A stretch of DNA of 55,514 bases, filler included, from Platydemus manokwari (GCA_037951405.1; 5 parts of 5 records of this genome joined end to end with filler, not necessarily neighbours in it); one strand, 5' to 3'; counted from the whole stretch's first letter, positions 15,050 to 29,606 are shown. Program-made: numbers and translations. The notes: generated from the letters alone by a model not told the origin.

Positions 15050-16800
15050 GAACCACTGTGATAATCCAAAGGGATCTTGGCTCACAGTTCATCTAGTTTA
15101 TAAATGAAGAGCTATACTGGACTAACATGTTCACAATTAGAAACAAAGTTTCAAAAAATTGTACAATGAAAAACTGATCAAAGAACAAAAGAAGTCACAC
15201 TTCCGCGACAACGTTCAAAATAATAAAAGATACATATTTGTTATCATAGACAGGTTGAGTAAGCTTGTAAGTCTAACAGCCTTGGCTAGACAAGATGAAA
15301 AGACCATTTGTGAAGCAATCCTTAATTCTTGTATTTGTCGTTTGATAAACCAAAAAATATTTTGGCAGATAGTGGCAAACAGTTTGAAAGCTAAACCATA
15401 ATAAAAGAATGTGTGGAATTCGGCATTCGCCAGGAGATTAACTCGCCTTATCAGCGCCAATCAAATAGATAGGCAGAACAAAACATTTGTAGTGAGAGTC
15501 ATTATTGTGTTGGGTACTAAATATCCCAAAATAAATAATAAAATCATATAATTTTTTTTTAAGAAAACGAGGCATCAAAGCCATATAAAAATAGAAATTA
15601 TATAAAAATAAAATTTATTACAACCAAAAATAGAATAAATAATTATAAGTTATTAAATTTAGGACAAAAAAGGTTGAGAACATAAAAATAGATAAATAAA
15701 ATATGAAAATAATAAAAAAGATAATTCGCTAAAAACGAAACAATAACTATAAAAGAAAAGCATTACTCAGAAAAACCCCTACAACTATTCTAGACAAAAG
15801 TTTATAAGAAATGCCCACAACCATTATAATTCAATAAATCAAGCTATAATTGATTATTCTAGGAATTATTGTTCCGTATAAATAATCAATACGACAATAG
15901 TACTCTGTCAAACAGAAGCTAATATATAAGAAAATTATTAATCGATTAGAAGTGCTATAACGAGAAAAACTAGTTTAGTTCAAAAAAAATCATCCTAAAC
16001 AGCAATTTTAATTTTCATTATTTTAACGAACTTAATGTATTCTATAACGACTATTTTATCGTCTATTTTATCGATTATTTTAATTGTGTCATGGATCTCG
16101 TCCAATCACTCATTCAGTAATCACATGAATTTATTGAATTTCCATTATCTTATCTATTATATAGTTGCCAAATTTCGTAGGTCCTAATTATCCTAAATTA
16201 AAATTTAAGGACCTTGCAAGTCTCCCCACAGGGAACTATTAAAATATCACACAAAACAATAACCTCTAATTAAAATTTTAATTTAAAGCCTGGTTATTTT
16301 TTATCGAATAAATATTGTTTATTCAATTATCACTTATTCGATATTTGTAAATTGATATTTTAGTGACTATTATTTGTACAATATTTGAATTAATAATTAT
16401 ATATTTTCATTTATCCTCATTTGTTTATTTATATTTAAATTATTATCATTGTTCCTACTACTGGGCCTTTGGAGTCAGGCAAAATATAAATATTACTATG
16501 ATTCTACTTTAACAAGCCAAATCCTTCTGAACATAAATAACCAGTAAGACCGAACAATTGTTACATCGATATAAAGTGCATGCAAGAATTGAATTTTCGA
16601 TCAGCGCTACTCATCAAGATTCAACAAAATTCTCTTTTACCAAAGTCGTTTTTGGACGGAAAGTTAGTCTCTGAAAGTGGCTACAAAGGCTATGTTCAAA
16701 TTCTTGATTGGCGGATAATGAGATGTATATACAAGAGATACAGTAAAAGCAGACATCGAGAATTCAAATTTCAAGAGAAAATACTAGTCCGCACAGACCA
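15050..16800 (+). mobile_element. Decayed Ty3/gypsy integrase, split by a ~1-kb insertion
   Basis: Motifs LYWTNM..C, YIFVIIDRLSK, KPKNILADSGKQFES and GIRQEINSPYQRQSN..AE run to ~15490. The protein resumes after the insertion at 16588 with IEFSISATHQDSTKFS..VVFGR and REFKFQEKILVR. Confidence 0.82.
15508..16481. mobile_element. ~1-kb non-coding interspersed element (copy 2) inserted in the gypsy integrase
   Basis: Starts TGTTGGGTAC and ends TGGAGTCAGGCA, like copy 1 at 1369-2377. A-rich left arm and T-rich right arm. Confidence 0.6.
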
Positions 16801-18739
16801 AAAAAAGTATTTATTTATAAGTATTTATCAGTTCGAGAAGCGCCAAGGAAATTTTAAGTTTCAAATAGTAACGTTAAGTGCAGATTCAGTTTCGTATTGC
16901 GATCAAACTAGGACGGATTGAATTGCTAAAGAAATGGTCTTGAAATTAAGTGTGAAAGAGTCACGTGATTGCTTGTTTTAATATTCAGTTGTGTGATACT
17001 ATTTTTGAACTTTAACATTTACATTTACTCTGACTATTATTACTACATTATCAATCTGTTTTATTCCTGTATTATCGGTTATATTTTTAATAAGTGTAGA
17101 AAAGCGACTATACCACAGAATCGGTTAATTTATCTTTAAGATTAATGGAAAGTCTAATATATCAAATAGAACTAGTTATAGGAATGGAAGACAAGATAGA
17201 GAGGAAAAGAAAATTTCGATTAGAATGGTGTATCAATACAAATGATCAAAAATGGATAACTTGTCAAATAAAATCACAACTAGAACACGTCAGAAGATGG
17301 AGAAATAAACGAAGAATTCCATTATTTAAAAATAAATGTAAAGTAGACCTAAGAATTCTTTAAACGACTAAAATACAATATACCACATACACCAATATTA
17401 AGATACCCAGATATGACAACGATATTTATCATAACTTTTGCAAGTAATGAAACTTGAGGAGAGTATGGGATAGATACCAGATTGTAAATGAGATTTCACT
17501 TGAATATGCTATATTGTATGTTAAAAACAAGGCAGATCCACACTCTGTGCTGGAACAATCTATCAAAAAGATGAAAACTTCTGTATGGATTATTACCTAC
17601 GATAATCACAGAAAAATAAAATACCTTTCAAAAATATATACAGAAAAGAAATAAGAAGCAAAATCTGCAAATTATGGAAAAATAAATGAATAAAAAAATT
17701 ACAAAATCAAGCAGAAAATTATGAAAGCTCAACAAGAAAACCATACGAAATCTATCAAGACTATATCAGAATGAATTACCTTTGGTTGAAAACTATTTTC
17801 ATCTTATTAACACAGAAAAGATTCATGCAATTACAAATAAATTAACCGAAGATGAAAATCACACTGGAATTAGACGTAGAAAAGAAGCAGAGCAAGTGTT
17901 GAGGAGGATATATCAACATATGAAGAAAATAAAAAATGACTATATTACAAGTGCAAGATCAGATCTATGATCTGTGCACAATAAATAAAATTATATTGTA
18001 ACGATAAAGTCAACTTCAAGATTCAATGAAAAAGTATACACTAAAAGAAAAGTTATAATATTCAAATGATAAATCAAAAATTTTAATAAAGTATAAAGTG
18101 AAAGATCATGTTATGTCTGTTTTAAAAAATGAAATAAAAAATGAAAAAATATAATACTTATAGCAATAAATAAAACAGCTCTCTTATAATCGTAGACGAA
18201 AATGAGATGTCAACTTTTCCGCAATCAATTTTAATTTGTTATATTGAATTTCAAAATCTTTTAATCATTAATTTATAAGGCAAAATCATTCTAGTCTTGG
18301 AGTGCTACATGTATTGAGATTTTATATATGTATAAATATAAAAGAACTATTGGAAACTATCTATAAATCACCACAAATTCTAGAGTTTGTTTACCATTTA
18401 TCAAGACTAAGACAGCAACGAGTGCATTGTTAGTGGTAGGTATAATTTAAAACAGTCATATGTGAGTCAATGTAGAATAATTCTCAATAAACAGATTATT
18501 TAAACAAATATATTCTTAGAAGTTTAAATAGCGTTCTTGATCTCAAACATTTTCAATTAAAATTATAATTTATAATATAGGTATGAATATGTTGAATTAT
18601 TTAAAATTCCAAGATGCTTTTTAAAAATTAATATTCAAATACTCGTCATTAGAAGTAATTAAATACCATTTTAAAATTTAATAACTTATCTCGTTCTTAT
18701 TGAAAAATAATGGCACCACAATCAACTATTTTTCCTAGC

Positions 18740-19312
18740 TGTTACCAACATGTTTTCGTTTATTATTTCACTGTTGCGTTGGAAATTTCACAAAAATAAC
18801 CAAAATATTTACGGAAACCATGGAAATAACTCTCAGAGAGTTGATAAACACAGATTCGATGAGTGCACGTGTCAATAGCCAATCAGATTCATATTTCAAA
18901 TTTCACTTATGCCTACAACTAACAACAAACACCAAAATTCGCCAATGGTACGAGAGATACAAGAAAATTTGCTAACAAAATTACGTGTGAACGATTCTAT
19001 CGAATGAAAAACGAAGTTTTGTGATATCAAGTGAACACATACGATAAGCCTATAAAAGGAGTTGTATTTCACGAGCAACTGCCAGTCTTGTAGGTCAGTA
19101 ACTCTTATTCTGTGTGACTTTTATGTGATTTTTCCAACAACCAGTTTTCGTGGTTGTATTCTGTTCTGTACTGGTTTTTTTGGTGACTTGCTGAGTTTGT
19201 AACTCATTGTGATTTAAATTATAATTTTCAGTATTCAGTGTCAGTTAAAAATGCAACAGTTGTAATCCAAGAATTTTTCTGTGCTTACTAATTGTCTAAT
19301 AAATTTATAACA
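18740..19312 (+). mobile_element. Probable solo LTR
   Basis: TGTTA...TAACA termini, an internal TATAAAAG at 19051 and AATAAA just before the 3' end. No target-site duplication recognised. Confidence 0.55.
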
Positions 19313-21109
19313 ATATCTTGTTCATCATATCGCGTATATTGTTTTTTATTATTACGGTTTATAAGCGGCTCATGCAATTGCTCAACCAAAGAATCGTTTG
19401 GTCGTTTACTAGTAAAGTCTTTTCTTAATTATTAGTTTTCATATTAATAGTTAGAGACCTTTTATCCGAACCAAGATGGAATAACAATTATAAACCAACA
19501 TTCTTATATCAAATATAGCAAGATATTATAATTGAAAATATAATTAATTTAAAGAATAATTGATGAATACCAGATATACACAAAAATATATACTACAAAT
19601 CAAAAAATGTATTGTTGTCTACTGATGTACATAATTAATATTCATTAATCTTTGTGAAATGAAAATTAATTTAGTTTTTATTTGTTAGGAGTACCCACCC
19701 AACTCAACCTCACCAGCCTCATAATTCACTGTTCATAGAACAACACCCATGTATTCATGCATAATATACATCCATGCATTCCATAGACTATTATCAATGG
19801 ATAAAATCAAATCCAAGAAAAGCGCGAAAGAAAGTCAATTCAGAATCAAAAAGTAAAAGACAATATGATCTTAAAAACTGTTTTGAATTGTTTTGTATAA
19901 CCTAAGACAATAACCAATTTACTGTGTTTCAAGCAATTTTAATATTTATGTTTTAAGACAATTTTTATTTTATAGCTGTTCAATTTGCGTTGTGAATCTC
20001 ATATTTTTATATTTTTAAATTTATATGTAAAAAAGTGGATGATCAAGAATTTTGGTAGGTATATAAATAAAAGTAAAATAAGATAATATAATAAAATAAA
20101 ACAATAAGATGAAAAGTCTTTAAAAGCAGACGCCTTGAAATAATAAGAACTACAATTTTCGACGTGTTAGTCGTACTCATGATTAGATGTTGACAGCACA
20201 CTCAATTTATTTATATAATTATATTTAGTCAATACACTATATACGTTTAATATTCTATTAAATAAATCGAGTGAGAGTGATGCATTATTTATATGTTTAA
20301 AGCACGACTAAACATCCAAAGACTGACTTATTCATCACGTTATTGACATGTGTTATAGGGAGAGGCAGACCAATTATATTGCAACTAGCCTCCGGGTTTT
20401 TTGATGTTCTATTGTAAGTATTTTTGTACCATATTTTTCTTCGTATGTTTTCGAGATGTTTCTCAAGTGCAATTCTGCACTATCATTTAATTGTATTTAA
20501 ATTTTGGAGTCCCACCTCTTATATTGTATCTTTTAAATATAGTTTATTGAAAAACAATATTTATATTTATGTTTCTTACAGATTTCTTATTTCATTCTAT
20601 TTTACTTAACATTTTAATAAAAACAGATTTTAGATAAGTAAATATATTTGTTAGCTGCAGTACAAATTTTATCAATTTCATGTTCAGATTTTAAATCAAA
20701 AGACATAGTTTCAGTAGATTAACATTTACTTATTAGCACATTACGGATTTTTTTAGAAATTTTATTTAATATCGACTTTATTGAATATAAATAAAAACAA
20801 TAATATGATTAAACACTACTCAACATAAACTATAATAAAATTTTATTATATTCATATAGGAATTTTAGGATTACTTTTATTTATCATGAATTTCAATGAT
20901 TAGTACAGAATTAGGCGAGATCAGTACACAATCTTTCAATTAATTTTTAACCAATAAGGCTATAAAGTTTCTCATAATTTTAATGAATTATTATAATTTC
21001 TTAATATATTCTAGGAAATTATCTTAATATACAAGTCATCGTTTAACATTTAACATTTATAAAAACTTAATACTTAAACATTTATATCTCCTTTTTAAAA
21101 TCTGTATTT

Positions 21110-21201
21110 GATATCTATGTCCTTTGCTATCAGGTCATCTTTCCTGTGGTTTCTCTCTAATCAGAATAGTATTAAAATGTTCAGCGAATCTTTGTAATTG
21201 G
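21110..21201 (-). mobile_element. Possible LINE (RTE-like) ORF2 fragment at a contig end
   Basis: QLQRFAEHFNTIL resembles the RW.EHF..LLN motif upstream of LINE RT domains; very short. Confidence 0.3.
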
Positions 21202-21301
21202 NNNNNNNNNNNNNNNNNNNNNNNNNNNNNNNNNNNNNNNNNNNNTTAATTAATTAANNNNNNNNNNNNNNNNNNNNNNNNNNNNNNNNNNNNNNNNNNN
21301 N
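21202..21301. other. Artificial contig linker
   Basis: Same 100-bp spacer. Confidence 0.97.
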
Positions 21302-21389
21302 GATCAGAATGATTGTCGTTTAAAAATTGTTAATAAACATACTTATCTTATTACATAATCATTACATAATTTGATCTTCCTTACATACT

Positions 21390-21467
21390 CAAGTATAATA
21401 CTCCCCGCATTTTTAATGTTGAAATTTGAGACGAAAATGGGACCATTATACTTGGGTGATTACGGTA
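21390..21467. mobile_element. Single end of a pogo-like MITE
   Basis: Inverted CAAGTATAAT/ATTATACTTG pair ending in TACGGTA. Confidence 0.4.
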
Positions 21468-23291
21468 TGTCTTGAACAAGAAGTATATTACCACTAGCAT
21501 TTAAACGACTAATTTCAAAAATTAAATGAAGTAACTAGCACTAACAGAAGATATTGTGTTTCACCGTGTCAATTTTTCATCGATCCTTGCTAATATTATT
21601 ATTTTTTGTAATTTTATAATAATTATTATAATAACCATAATTATTTATATTCTAATTACTGTTATTGCTGGATCAATCAAATAAAATTCTAATTTATGCA
21701 ATTGCCCGTAATTTTGAAATAGCCTGAAAATAAATATTTAATTTACGCTTCAATGATATTTGAGCAACCTCTGGTAGCAGCTTTGGAATAATTCGTGGAA
21801 ATAGCAGTGAAAACATAGCAACATTTGTCGACCAAATGGAAATCAACGAAAACGGAAACAAGGTACACCAAAAATGCACCTATAAACCACCAGATTACAC
21901 AAAGCCGATATAAAAAGGCCCATGAAATCTTAAAATTTCAATGACAATTCAGATTACAAAATCTAAGCTGACAGCCATCATCACTGTGAGGAAATTTTAA
22001 AGCAACCAATAATAATTTAAAATAAATAATTTTAATCAAAATTTTTAATTAAAATTTTTATTATTTAATAAAAAGTTTAAAAATAAAAAAATATTTTGAA
22101 ATTTTATTAAATTATTTAATATAAAGTATTTATTAAATAATGTAAATATTTTTATCTATACCTGATTAAGATTGATAGCTAAAGCTTTCTAGAAAAAGAT
22201 TTAAAAAAAGAATTTAATTTTGTTTAAATTTTTTTTTTATTTGTTTGCATTGAATAAAGGGTAATGAAAATCATAATAGTGACTTTTTTTATTGAATCCT
22301 CAATTTTAAAGGAAGAAGCTACAACTAACACTCACTAATTTGAAACATTTTCCAAAGCGGAATTCAGGTGCCCTATTCAGACCTTGTTGTCCTCATACAC
22401 AGTTGTGATAAATTATTAAATTAGGTGATTACTTACTTGATCCTTTCGTTGCTAATAATTTATTTCATTTTTAAGTCATTAAATACGCTAGTGCTTGCAA
22501 TAATATTATTAGATATTAGGAAATTACCACGCAATAATTAATAAAAAAAACATTGTATTTTTCAACGTCAAGCCATTATTCATTATGTAATAAAGATAAC
22601 TGTCTAGTCTATATGTTGTTCAATTATCGCTACTGCATAATTAATCAATTTCCAGAAGATATTGAGTCTTACATCTTCAACTAGCAACACGGTAACTTTG
22701 CATTATTTTTTATCACATGCAAAAGCTAAGAAATATTTATCTGTGATAAATATTTATTGGCATTTTAATTATCTTTTTGAATTAAATTAAGAAAAATGGT
22801 CCTTTGATCTAATTTTAATGTAATCATTTTTCGTGTATCATTTGATTTCAAAATTTATTTTTAAAATATATTTCATCGTATTTTGTCTTGAAATTTTAAT
22901 TTTAGATGTAAAAGAATAAAAACAGCTCACCTTTATCAGAAAAATAGCAATTACAATTTAGTACCGATTCAAAATCGTGACCATAAATGTCTCACTTATA
23001 TGAATTCACAAAGCATTTAGAAAGATTCCCATCGCCATGTTGGTAACCTAAGTTCGGAAGGCATTTATAGGACTTTCAATGAAACCTCAGATCAAACTTA
23101 TAATTAAACATCCGAATATAATTAAATAAACTATATAGATTTTTTGCAATACACTCAACAAATTAAAAATTTTATTTTAGGACCTCTTTTCTTAACTTAA
23201 ACCTAAATTTTGAATTAAGAGCTTAAGTGAAAAAATAGTGTCCTAAAATAAATTTTTTTAATTGGTGGAGTGTATTGCAAAAATCTGTATA

Positions 23292-23839
23292 CCTTGTTTT
23301 CCCTTTTATAAGCGTTGGCTTATACTATTTTCAGACGAAAAAAGTGGGGCACCGCTTATATTTGGAGGACAACTTATATTTTTTTAACCGAGATTTTGAA
23401 CACTCAATTAATTCCAGTGATTTAAGTTTATATTTGATAAGTGGTCCTAATCTCTTAACTTTTGCTATGAAGCTTTCTTCGAATGAAACCAACTTGTCCA
23501 GATAGATAGCATTCAAAGCTTTTTTGACACAGTTATCATTAATTTTAGCCCAGGCATCACTAATCCCCGTGACTATTTCTTGTAGATTTGGTTTTACAAT
23601 GTTGCTCTTTTAAATTCTCACAATTCTCTTCTCAATATATTCATTGATTTCTAATCTAAGATTGTCCTTAAATAGCTTATTTATCATCAAATCTAAACTT
23701 TGAAGAAACCCTGTTATTCTAGCCTGTATCTATGTTTGATCAACTACCGATTATATTTGGAGAGCCGCTTATTTTTTTATAAGAAAAAAACACGCTACCT
23801 CTTATATTCGGGATACCGCTTATAATAGGAAAAACGCGG
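23292..23839 (-). mobile_element. Internally deleted pogo/Tigger-like DNA transposon
   Basis: ~23-bp TIRs (CCTTGTTTTCCCTTTTATAAGCG and CGCTTATAATAGGAAAAACGCGG) with TA target duplication. Minus-strand DDE tail ITGFLQSLDLMINKLFKDNLR...ISDAWAKI. Confidence 0.85.
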
Positions 23840-24023
23840 TAGTTTATTTAATTAAATTAATTAAAAATATTTTGAATTTTGTATTAAGGAACCTGAGAAG
23901 AATTTTAGTTGCTTATAATCAAATATTATATACATAGGATTTCATAAATCTACTAAAAAAATCACATTTAAAGTATTTGGAAAGATTTCTAAGATTTTTA
24001 GAGTTTTTTTATGAAAAAGTGAC

Positions 24024-24450
24024 TTGGAAATCATTGAGAAGTGCCGTGAATTAGGTACTTTTATTTTATCTCAAAATAATTACGTTAATATTTATTTAAC
24101 CGTTTCGATAGATAGATCCAAAGCCTGTCGATGCTGTAATGAAAGGAATATTTTATCAAAATCAAATAAATTGTATAGGCGGAGATGCCACAAATATATA
24201 AGAAATTTTGGAATTCGAATAGGGACTTGGTTCAACAATTCGTCCTTGTTCCGTTTCGACATTCTGAATAAGGTATTTTTGATGGAGGCTTATAAAAATA
24301 ATTGGAAGCCGAAATATCGTCGTATAAATAGATGAGGCCTATTTTAGAGAGGCCAAATATAAAAGCAGACCTCGATACATGATATTTGAGTTGCTGGCAG
24401 ATTGGAGAGATACAGTAAGAAAGAATTGCTTCTTATTTCTATTCTGCAAT
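24024..24450 (+). mobile_element. Merlin (IS1016/IS1595-like) transposase remnant
   Basis: Zn-finger region CRCC...RC...GIRIGTWFNNSSL followed after frameshifts by IDEAYFREAKY..R and VAGRLER, matching the Merlin motifs IDES.F..RKY.RGR and WVFG..ER. Confidence 0.7.
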
Positions 24451-25552
24451 CAAAGTGCAGCGACTCAAGGCGCAATGAATACAAGTTAAATGATACTTTT
24501 ATTTAATTGTAGGTTTGTGAAACCATGATCAATAATATATAATAGTTGTTTTTTCCTTTTTAATCGATAATTGAATTTTATGTAAAAATTTCATTAAATT
24601 ATAATAAGAAATACATTAAATAAATAAATAACCCACGAAAAATCATTACATAAAATTGGGTCAAAGGAACCTTTTTCTTAACCTAAGCCGAAATTATAAT
24701 ACAATAATAAATTTAAAATCGAAAACAAATTTCGTTTTCCTGGTATCAGAATGACAAAACAAATTATGATTGGAATCATGATGTAACTCATTTAAGATAT
24801 AAATGTGTTACCAAACTTATAAAAAATTTATTAAAAGAATTTGATTTAATTTTAGTTTACATATAGAATACTAAATACTGTTTGACGATATATTAGTTAT
24901 TTTAAATAGATTTTAAATTATTTCCTAAATGAAAATATTTCCTGCTTGGACTAATCAAGATTGAAAAATATTTCTGACTTTCAAAATTAATTGCAATCTC
25001 CACCCATTTAATTGACACTCAATCTTTAATTAATTTCGAAAGTTTAAGAAAATATCGCAAAATGATATAAAATAAAATAACGACAATTTGATCTTACAGA
25101 TTTTATCACTAACTTTGAATACCAATTTGTTTTTGAAAATTATTTCAATTTATTACATTTCTATACAAATATTTCTCGTTAAATTATCATTGTCTCTTAA
25201 TAGGTCTTTCTGTCTATTGCGATTGTTATCTGTAGCGTTTTCAATCAAATTAACACAGATAATTGACAGATAATATATTTCTTGCCAACAGAGTAATTGC
25301 AATGAAAGCTCAAAAGAAAAATCAAAACACTTTCTGTTATATATAACCTAATAGGAATGCATCTAGAAAATCAGGAAAACATACCAAAGGATTCATAAAT
25401 TTACGTCAAATATCAAGCTTGCCACAAATTATGGTAATGCTTCACTCGATTAATAATACCAAAGTATATTTGTACTTTAAATTTAATTAATATATCAGTT
25501 ATAATTATAAATATTATTTTTATTGTAAATCACATTTTTATATGAACATGCC

Positions 25553-26058
25553 GTGCGATTCATAAGTCACTGTCTCTAAAACTAAAATAAAACAACAAAA
25601 CACAATACTGTTTATACTCACATATTTATATTCATTGATATAAATTATTATTCACTGATTAATGTACTTTATTTCTTATTAATCAGTTGCATTATTACAA
25701 TATAACGGAAGCAGCTGGTGTTTTTAAATTTTCGCTTGCGGATAGAGCGTTTACAATTAGCCATGTAACAGTGTACCAGAATAGTGCCAGAGCTTGCCAC
25801 GAATTTCAACAACATTTCAACCGTGCAACACCAGCTAGGACAGCAGTGCAATACTGGAAACAGACGTTTGAAGAAACTCGAAACTGATCCACTATGTTGT
25901 GATCAGGAAGACCATCTGATGAAATCATTAAGGAAAAGGTGGTAAATTCTACAAAAGAGAATGATAGCACAAATCAACGAAATTGCTTATTATTTACCGT
26001 TATTTGTTCTTACTGTTGTTGTATTTTAGTTTTAGAGACGAAGCCTTCTGAATCGCAC
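25553..26058 (+). mobile_element. Internally deleted Tc1/mariner-superfamily element with N-terminal HTH remnant
   Basis: ~40-bp TIRs (GTGCGATTCA..GTCTCTAAAACTAAAATA and TATTTTAGTTTTAGAGAC..GAATCGCAC). The ORF FSLADRAF...FQQHFNRATPARTAVQYWKQTFEET is followed by SGRP. Confidence 0.78.
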
Positions 26059-27189
26059 TTTATATATATATATCAAATATATCAATCTTTGCTAAGATAA
26101 AAAGGCGAAAATTAGAGAAAAAATTAATCAAAAACAGTTTTAATAATGATTAACTAAATAAAATATATTTCATCACTAAAATAGAGAAATGATAATGAGT
26201 ATCATAAGCAAAATAATTGTTGGAAACCCACAGAAACCTTGCTAATGAGGTCAACACCTTATAATAATTAAATGTCGAGTTTTACATCCCATGGGGTTAT
26301 ATAAGCTCTCATCAATTGGATAGGCGAGTTCTGTTTCATCATCATTAAGTTTGATCAGTTAACAACTTTATTAACAAAAATCGTATACACAGATGCCACA
26401 TTAATACAAGATTTTCTCAATTATTTTCATGAAAGCATGGAAAGGGAGTGATTATGGAACAGCCACCCTGTTTCTAATTTCTTATAAATTATTAAAAGTT
26501 TACAGTTTCCTATCTCTATCAATGATAAGAATTTCAGTAACTCGAATTACAAGTTCTATATTTGATTCCAATTAATGATTTCTTCTTTATTCATTGATAA
26601 TAGTTTTATTATTTCCCAGATTCAATGTTCATCGTGTATTCATTATTATTTATAATTTTTGTTTTAAATCTTATTGATATAATTGGCATGCCTGAGTACA
26701 AGGCCTAGAGTATCGGAAAATGTTTTTTGATATTTGTGACTGTTTAGACTTCTGTGTGTGTGTCTGTTTCGTTTGTCTGGCAAATTTTATCTCTGTATGA
26801 ATCAAATGAGTTTCTTCGTTGTGTGCGTTGGTTATGATCAACATGTTTACATGTCATAGGCACTCATGTATGTAATTGGTTAATTAAGGTTTTCCTGGAC
26901 AATTAGCACAACAAATAATGTGATTATAAAAATTCGTGCATTATCGATGGAAAAGATATCACAAATTTATTATAATTATGCAAGTATTTATTCATAAACT
27001 TTGAAAATCGAGGCATCCGTTCATTAAATTATGGGATGTACATGGTTCTTTCCATCGATCGCTATATGAATCAGAGTTCGCTGGTTTAATCAAACAATGC
27101 ACTCAACTTTTTAATCAAATTTGATTTTCCGCATTTCAGTCGCTGTTTATGAGATAATCTCTTCCCCTATTTTTAAAGTTGCCTTTGTT

Positions 27190-27610
27190 GCTGTAGTTTT
27201 TCCTCTGTAGAACCTCCATTGCATAAAGCTTGCATTTATGTTCAACTTTGTGCAAACAAGAGTTAATTTATTTATTATTTCCTTATCCATCACTAGTTTC
27301 TTTAGGCCTATGTTTGCCAAGTTCAGAAAACCCATACAACAAAAGTGAACGGTTCCATAGTACAGCCGGGCCACTTTTTTATCGCATTTCGGAGGTTTGA
27401 ATATATTTCTACATTCTATTGAGCTGTTTCTGTCATTGACAGAGGTTCGTACAATGGCCATTGTACATCGATTAAGACAATCGTAGATTTTCTACCATTT
27501 ATTAATTGAAGACCCACTTTTAATTTGGATTCTTTCTCAACTAAGACCCGGTAATCTGTATTGTTATCAATTTCCTTGATCAGTATATCCATGATTCTGT
27601 CGTTTCGATT
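27190..27610 (-). mobile_element. Second decayed RLE-type non-LTR retrotransposon endonuclease fragment
   Basis: Minus-strand translation gives NRNDRIMDIL...VLVE...IVLIDVQWPLYE...YSNL...PFTFVVW..TW, then after a frameshift IGLKKL..CTKLNINASFMQWRFY. The layout matches the 41.9-42.4 kb element. Confidence 0.65.
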
Positions 27611-29519
27611 TAATATATTTGCTAGAATTCTAAATTTTTCATTGATAGCAGCAGTGGATTTGGTGTATGAATAAATATCGATTTAATTTACAGTCCATGG
27701 TTAAACGATAATAAACAGAAACGATAGTTGGGTTGAAATTCTATACTTTCTCTTACGAGTGTTTTTAGCATTTAGCCAATATTAAAGTGTGTCATTTAGA
27801 ACCCGAAGAATTTGATCTGTAAAATGATTGGTAAAAATATTTTGGAATGACAATTTGGCAAAACATCCTGATGTAAAAATGCAACGAGTAGAGGAGCTTG
27901 AAAAGTTAACGTTTGGTATTTTCAAGCTTAATTTTTTTTTAATTTGATTTCATTAGACTTCTTTCCTTTGAATCCTCAGTAAATATTCTTTGAAACGAAT
28001 GTGTGGTCGACGCAGTTTTCAGCACAGCATTAAATAAGTACATTGCCGATTTATAATATAAACAAAAGCGAAAATTTTATACTGTGTATTTTCAGCTAGA
28101 AGCCCGATTAAAAATGTTATTCTCAAAGAAATTCCTATTAATATTTCTTTAATTTAATTTCGTTTTTCATTGAGGTTGACATTGAGATGCGAATAATTGA
28201 AATTTCAAAAAAAAACAGTCCGTATCGTTTCGTTTATGCAAATTTAATTTCTTGCAAAGTGAAAAATATGGATAATAAAATTAAATTAATTTGAGAAAAT
28301 TCTCTGCTTGACAAAATGTAAATGTTGCGATGTAGATCTTGATCGATCACGCTACCAACATATAAATTTCTAAGGAATCAATATATCTAGCTGAAAAGCT
28401 AATTGATTTTTTCTATATAATCTTCATGACCAAAACTGCACAACGACTAAATATGAGAGAATAAGATTTCCTTGAAAAATGAGTTATTATTTCCATCAGA
28501 TATTTCCATTGATTGACGTAAATATGTCGTTTATTATTGGGCTCGATGAATAAAAGTTCTGATGGCAGTTTTATTGTAAAGTAAATATATTGTTTAGTAT
28601 TTTATAACGAACTGAAAAGTCACGAACTGAAAAACGAAGACTATAAATGATCAATAGAAGGAATTTCGCATATAATTTATTAACGATGTTTTATTTTGAT
28701 TCTTATTCACTGGCTGCTTGTATATTCCTTAAAATATGAACGTTAATTGTAGTCGATAAAGAAAAACAGCTTGAATTTAATGATAAAGAAAGAATAATGA
28801 AAAGAAGAATAATAATAAAAGATAAAAAAATAATGAAAAAAGATAAATAAAATATTATAAGTATATTTATGATCCACTTTCCGATATTAGCAAATGATGT
28901 TTAATACGATGATATAAGTAATTGACAAGCAATTACGTAAAACTCCAATGTCATCTCCAATAATGGAAGATTCTCAAGTGAATGGTGATCTATTTCACCT
29001 GACATCATATTATAGTCACACAATACAACGCTTATTAATAAAAAATAATATCGTTATAGGAAGTCACAGAACACTATAACAGAAAAATATGTTAATTAAT
29101 TATGCTGTTGTGAAGAAACTATTACGAAAATAGTGAATTGTTTGGTTAGAACAAATAAGGTTTCACTATTTCCCGTTTTGTGGATTATTTGGCTTATGAC
29201 AATTTTCACTTAAGTTTTTGCACCTTATTTATTTATTGACAGTCTAGCGTACACTCACGAATGATTTTAATCAATGAGGTCGAATTTCTAAATAATCAAA
29301 TTAGTTTTGACTTGTGTGAGAGTAGCTGGACTGACTTAATTGGGTTGAAATAATTATTAATCGATGCTCTGGGCTAGTAGTCAGGATTTTGTCGAAATTT
29401 TAACATATATCAATTACTTACCGAAGTCACCTTATTTTTAGGCTTTTATTAAGTTATTCACCTGCTTATTTGGATATTTTTTGAAATTATTTTATTAACT
29501 ATTTATGCTTGCTTTTTAT

Positions 29520-29606
29520 AATTATAATTATTAGAATTGTTATTGTCGTTATAATTAATATTATTATTATTATTAATATTATTATTATTATTATTAATAT
29601 TATTAA

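Larger units (their letters stand above)
22787..24681. repeat. Large nested inverted-repeat structure around the Merlin and pogo remnants
   Basis: ~60-bp outer inverted repeats (22787-22850 and 24622-24681) plus an inner palindrome from ~23120 to 23291 whose right arm continues at 23842. Confidence 0.7.

Noticed and set aside
17145-18150. Chain of short Lys-rich ORFs, possibly a retroelement pol remnant
   Set aside because: No diagnostic motif could be confidently recognised.
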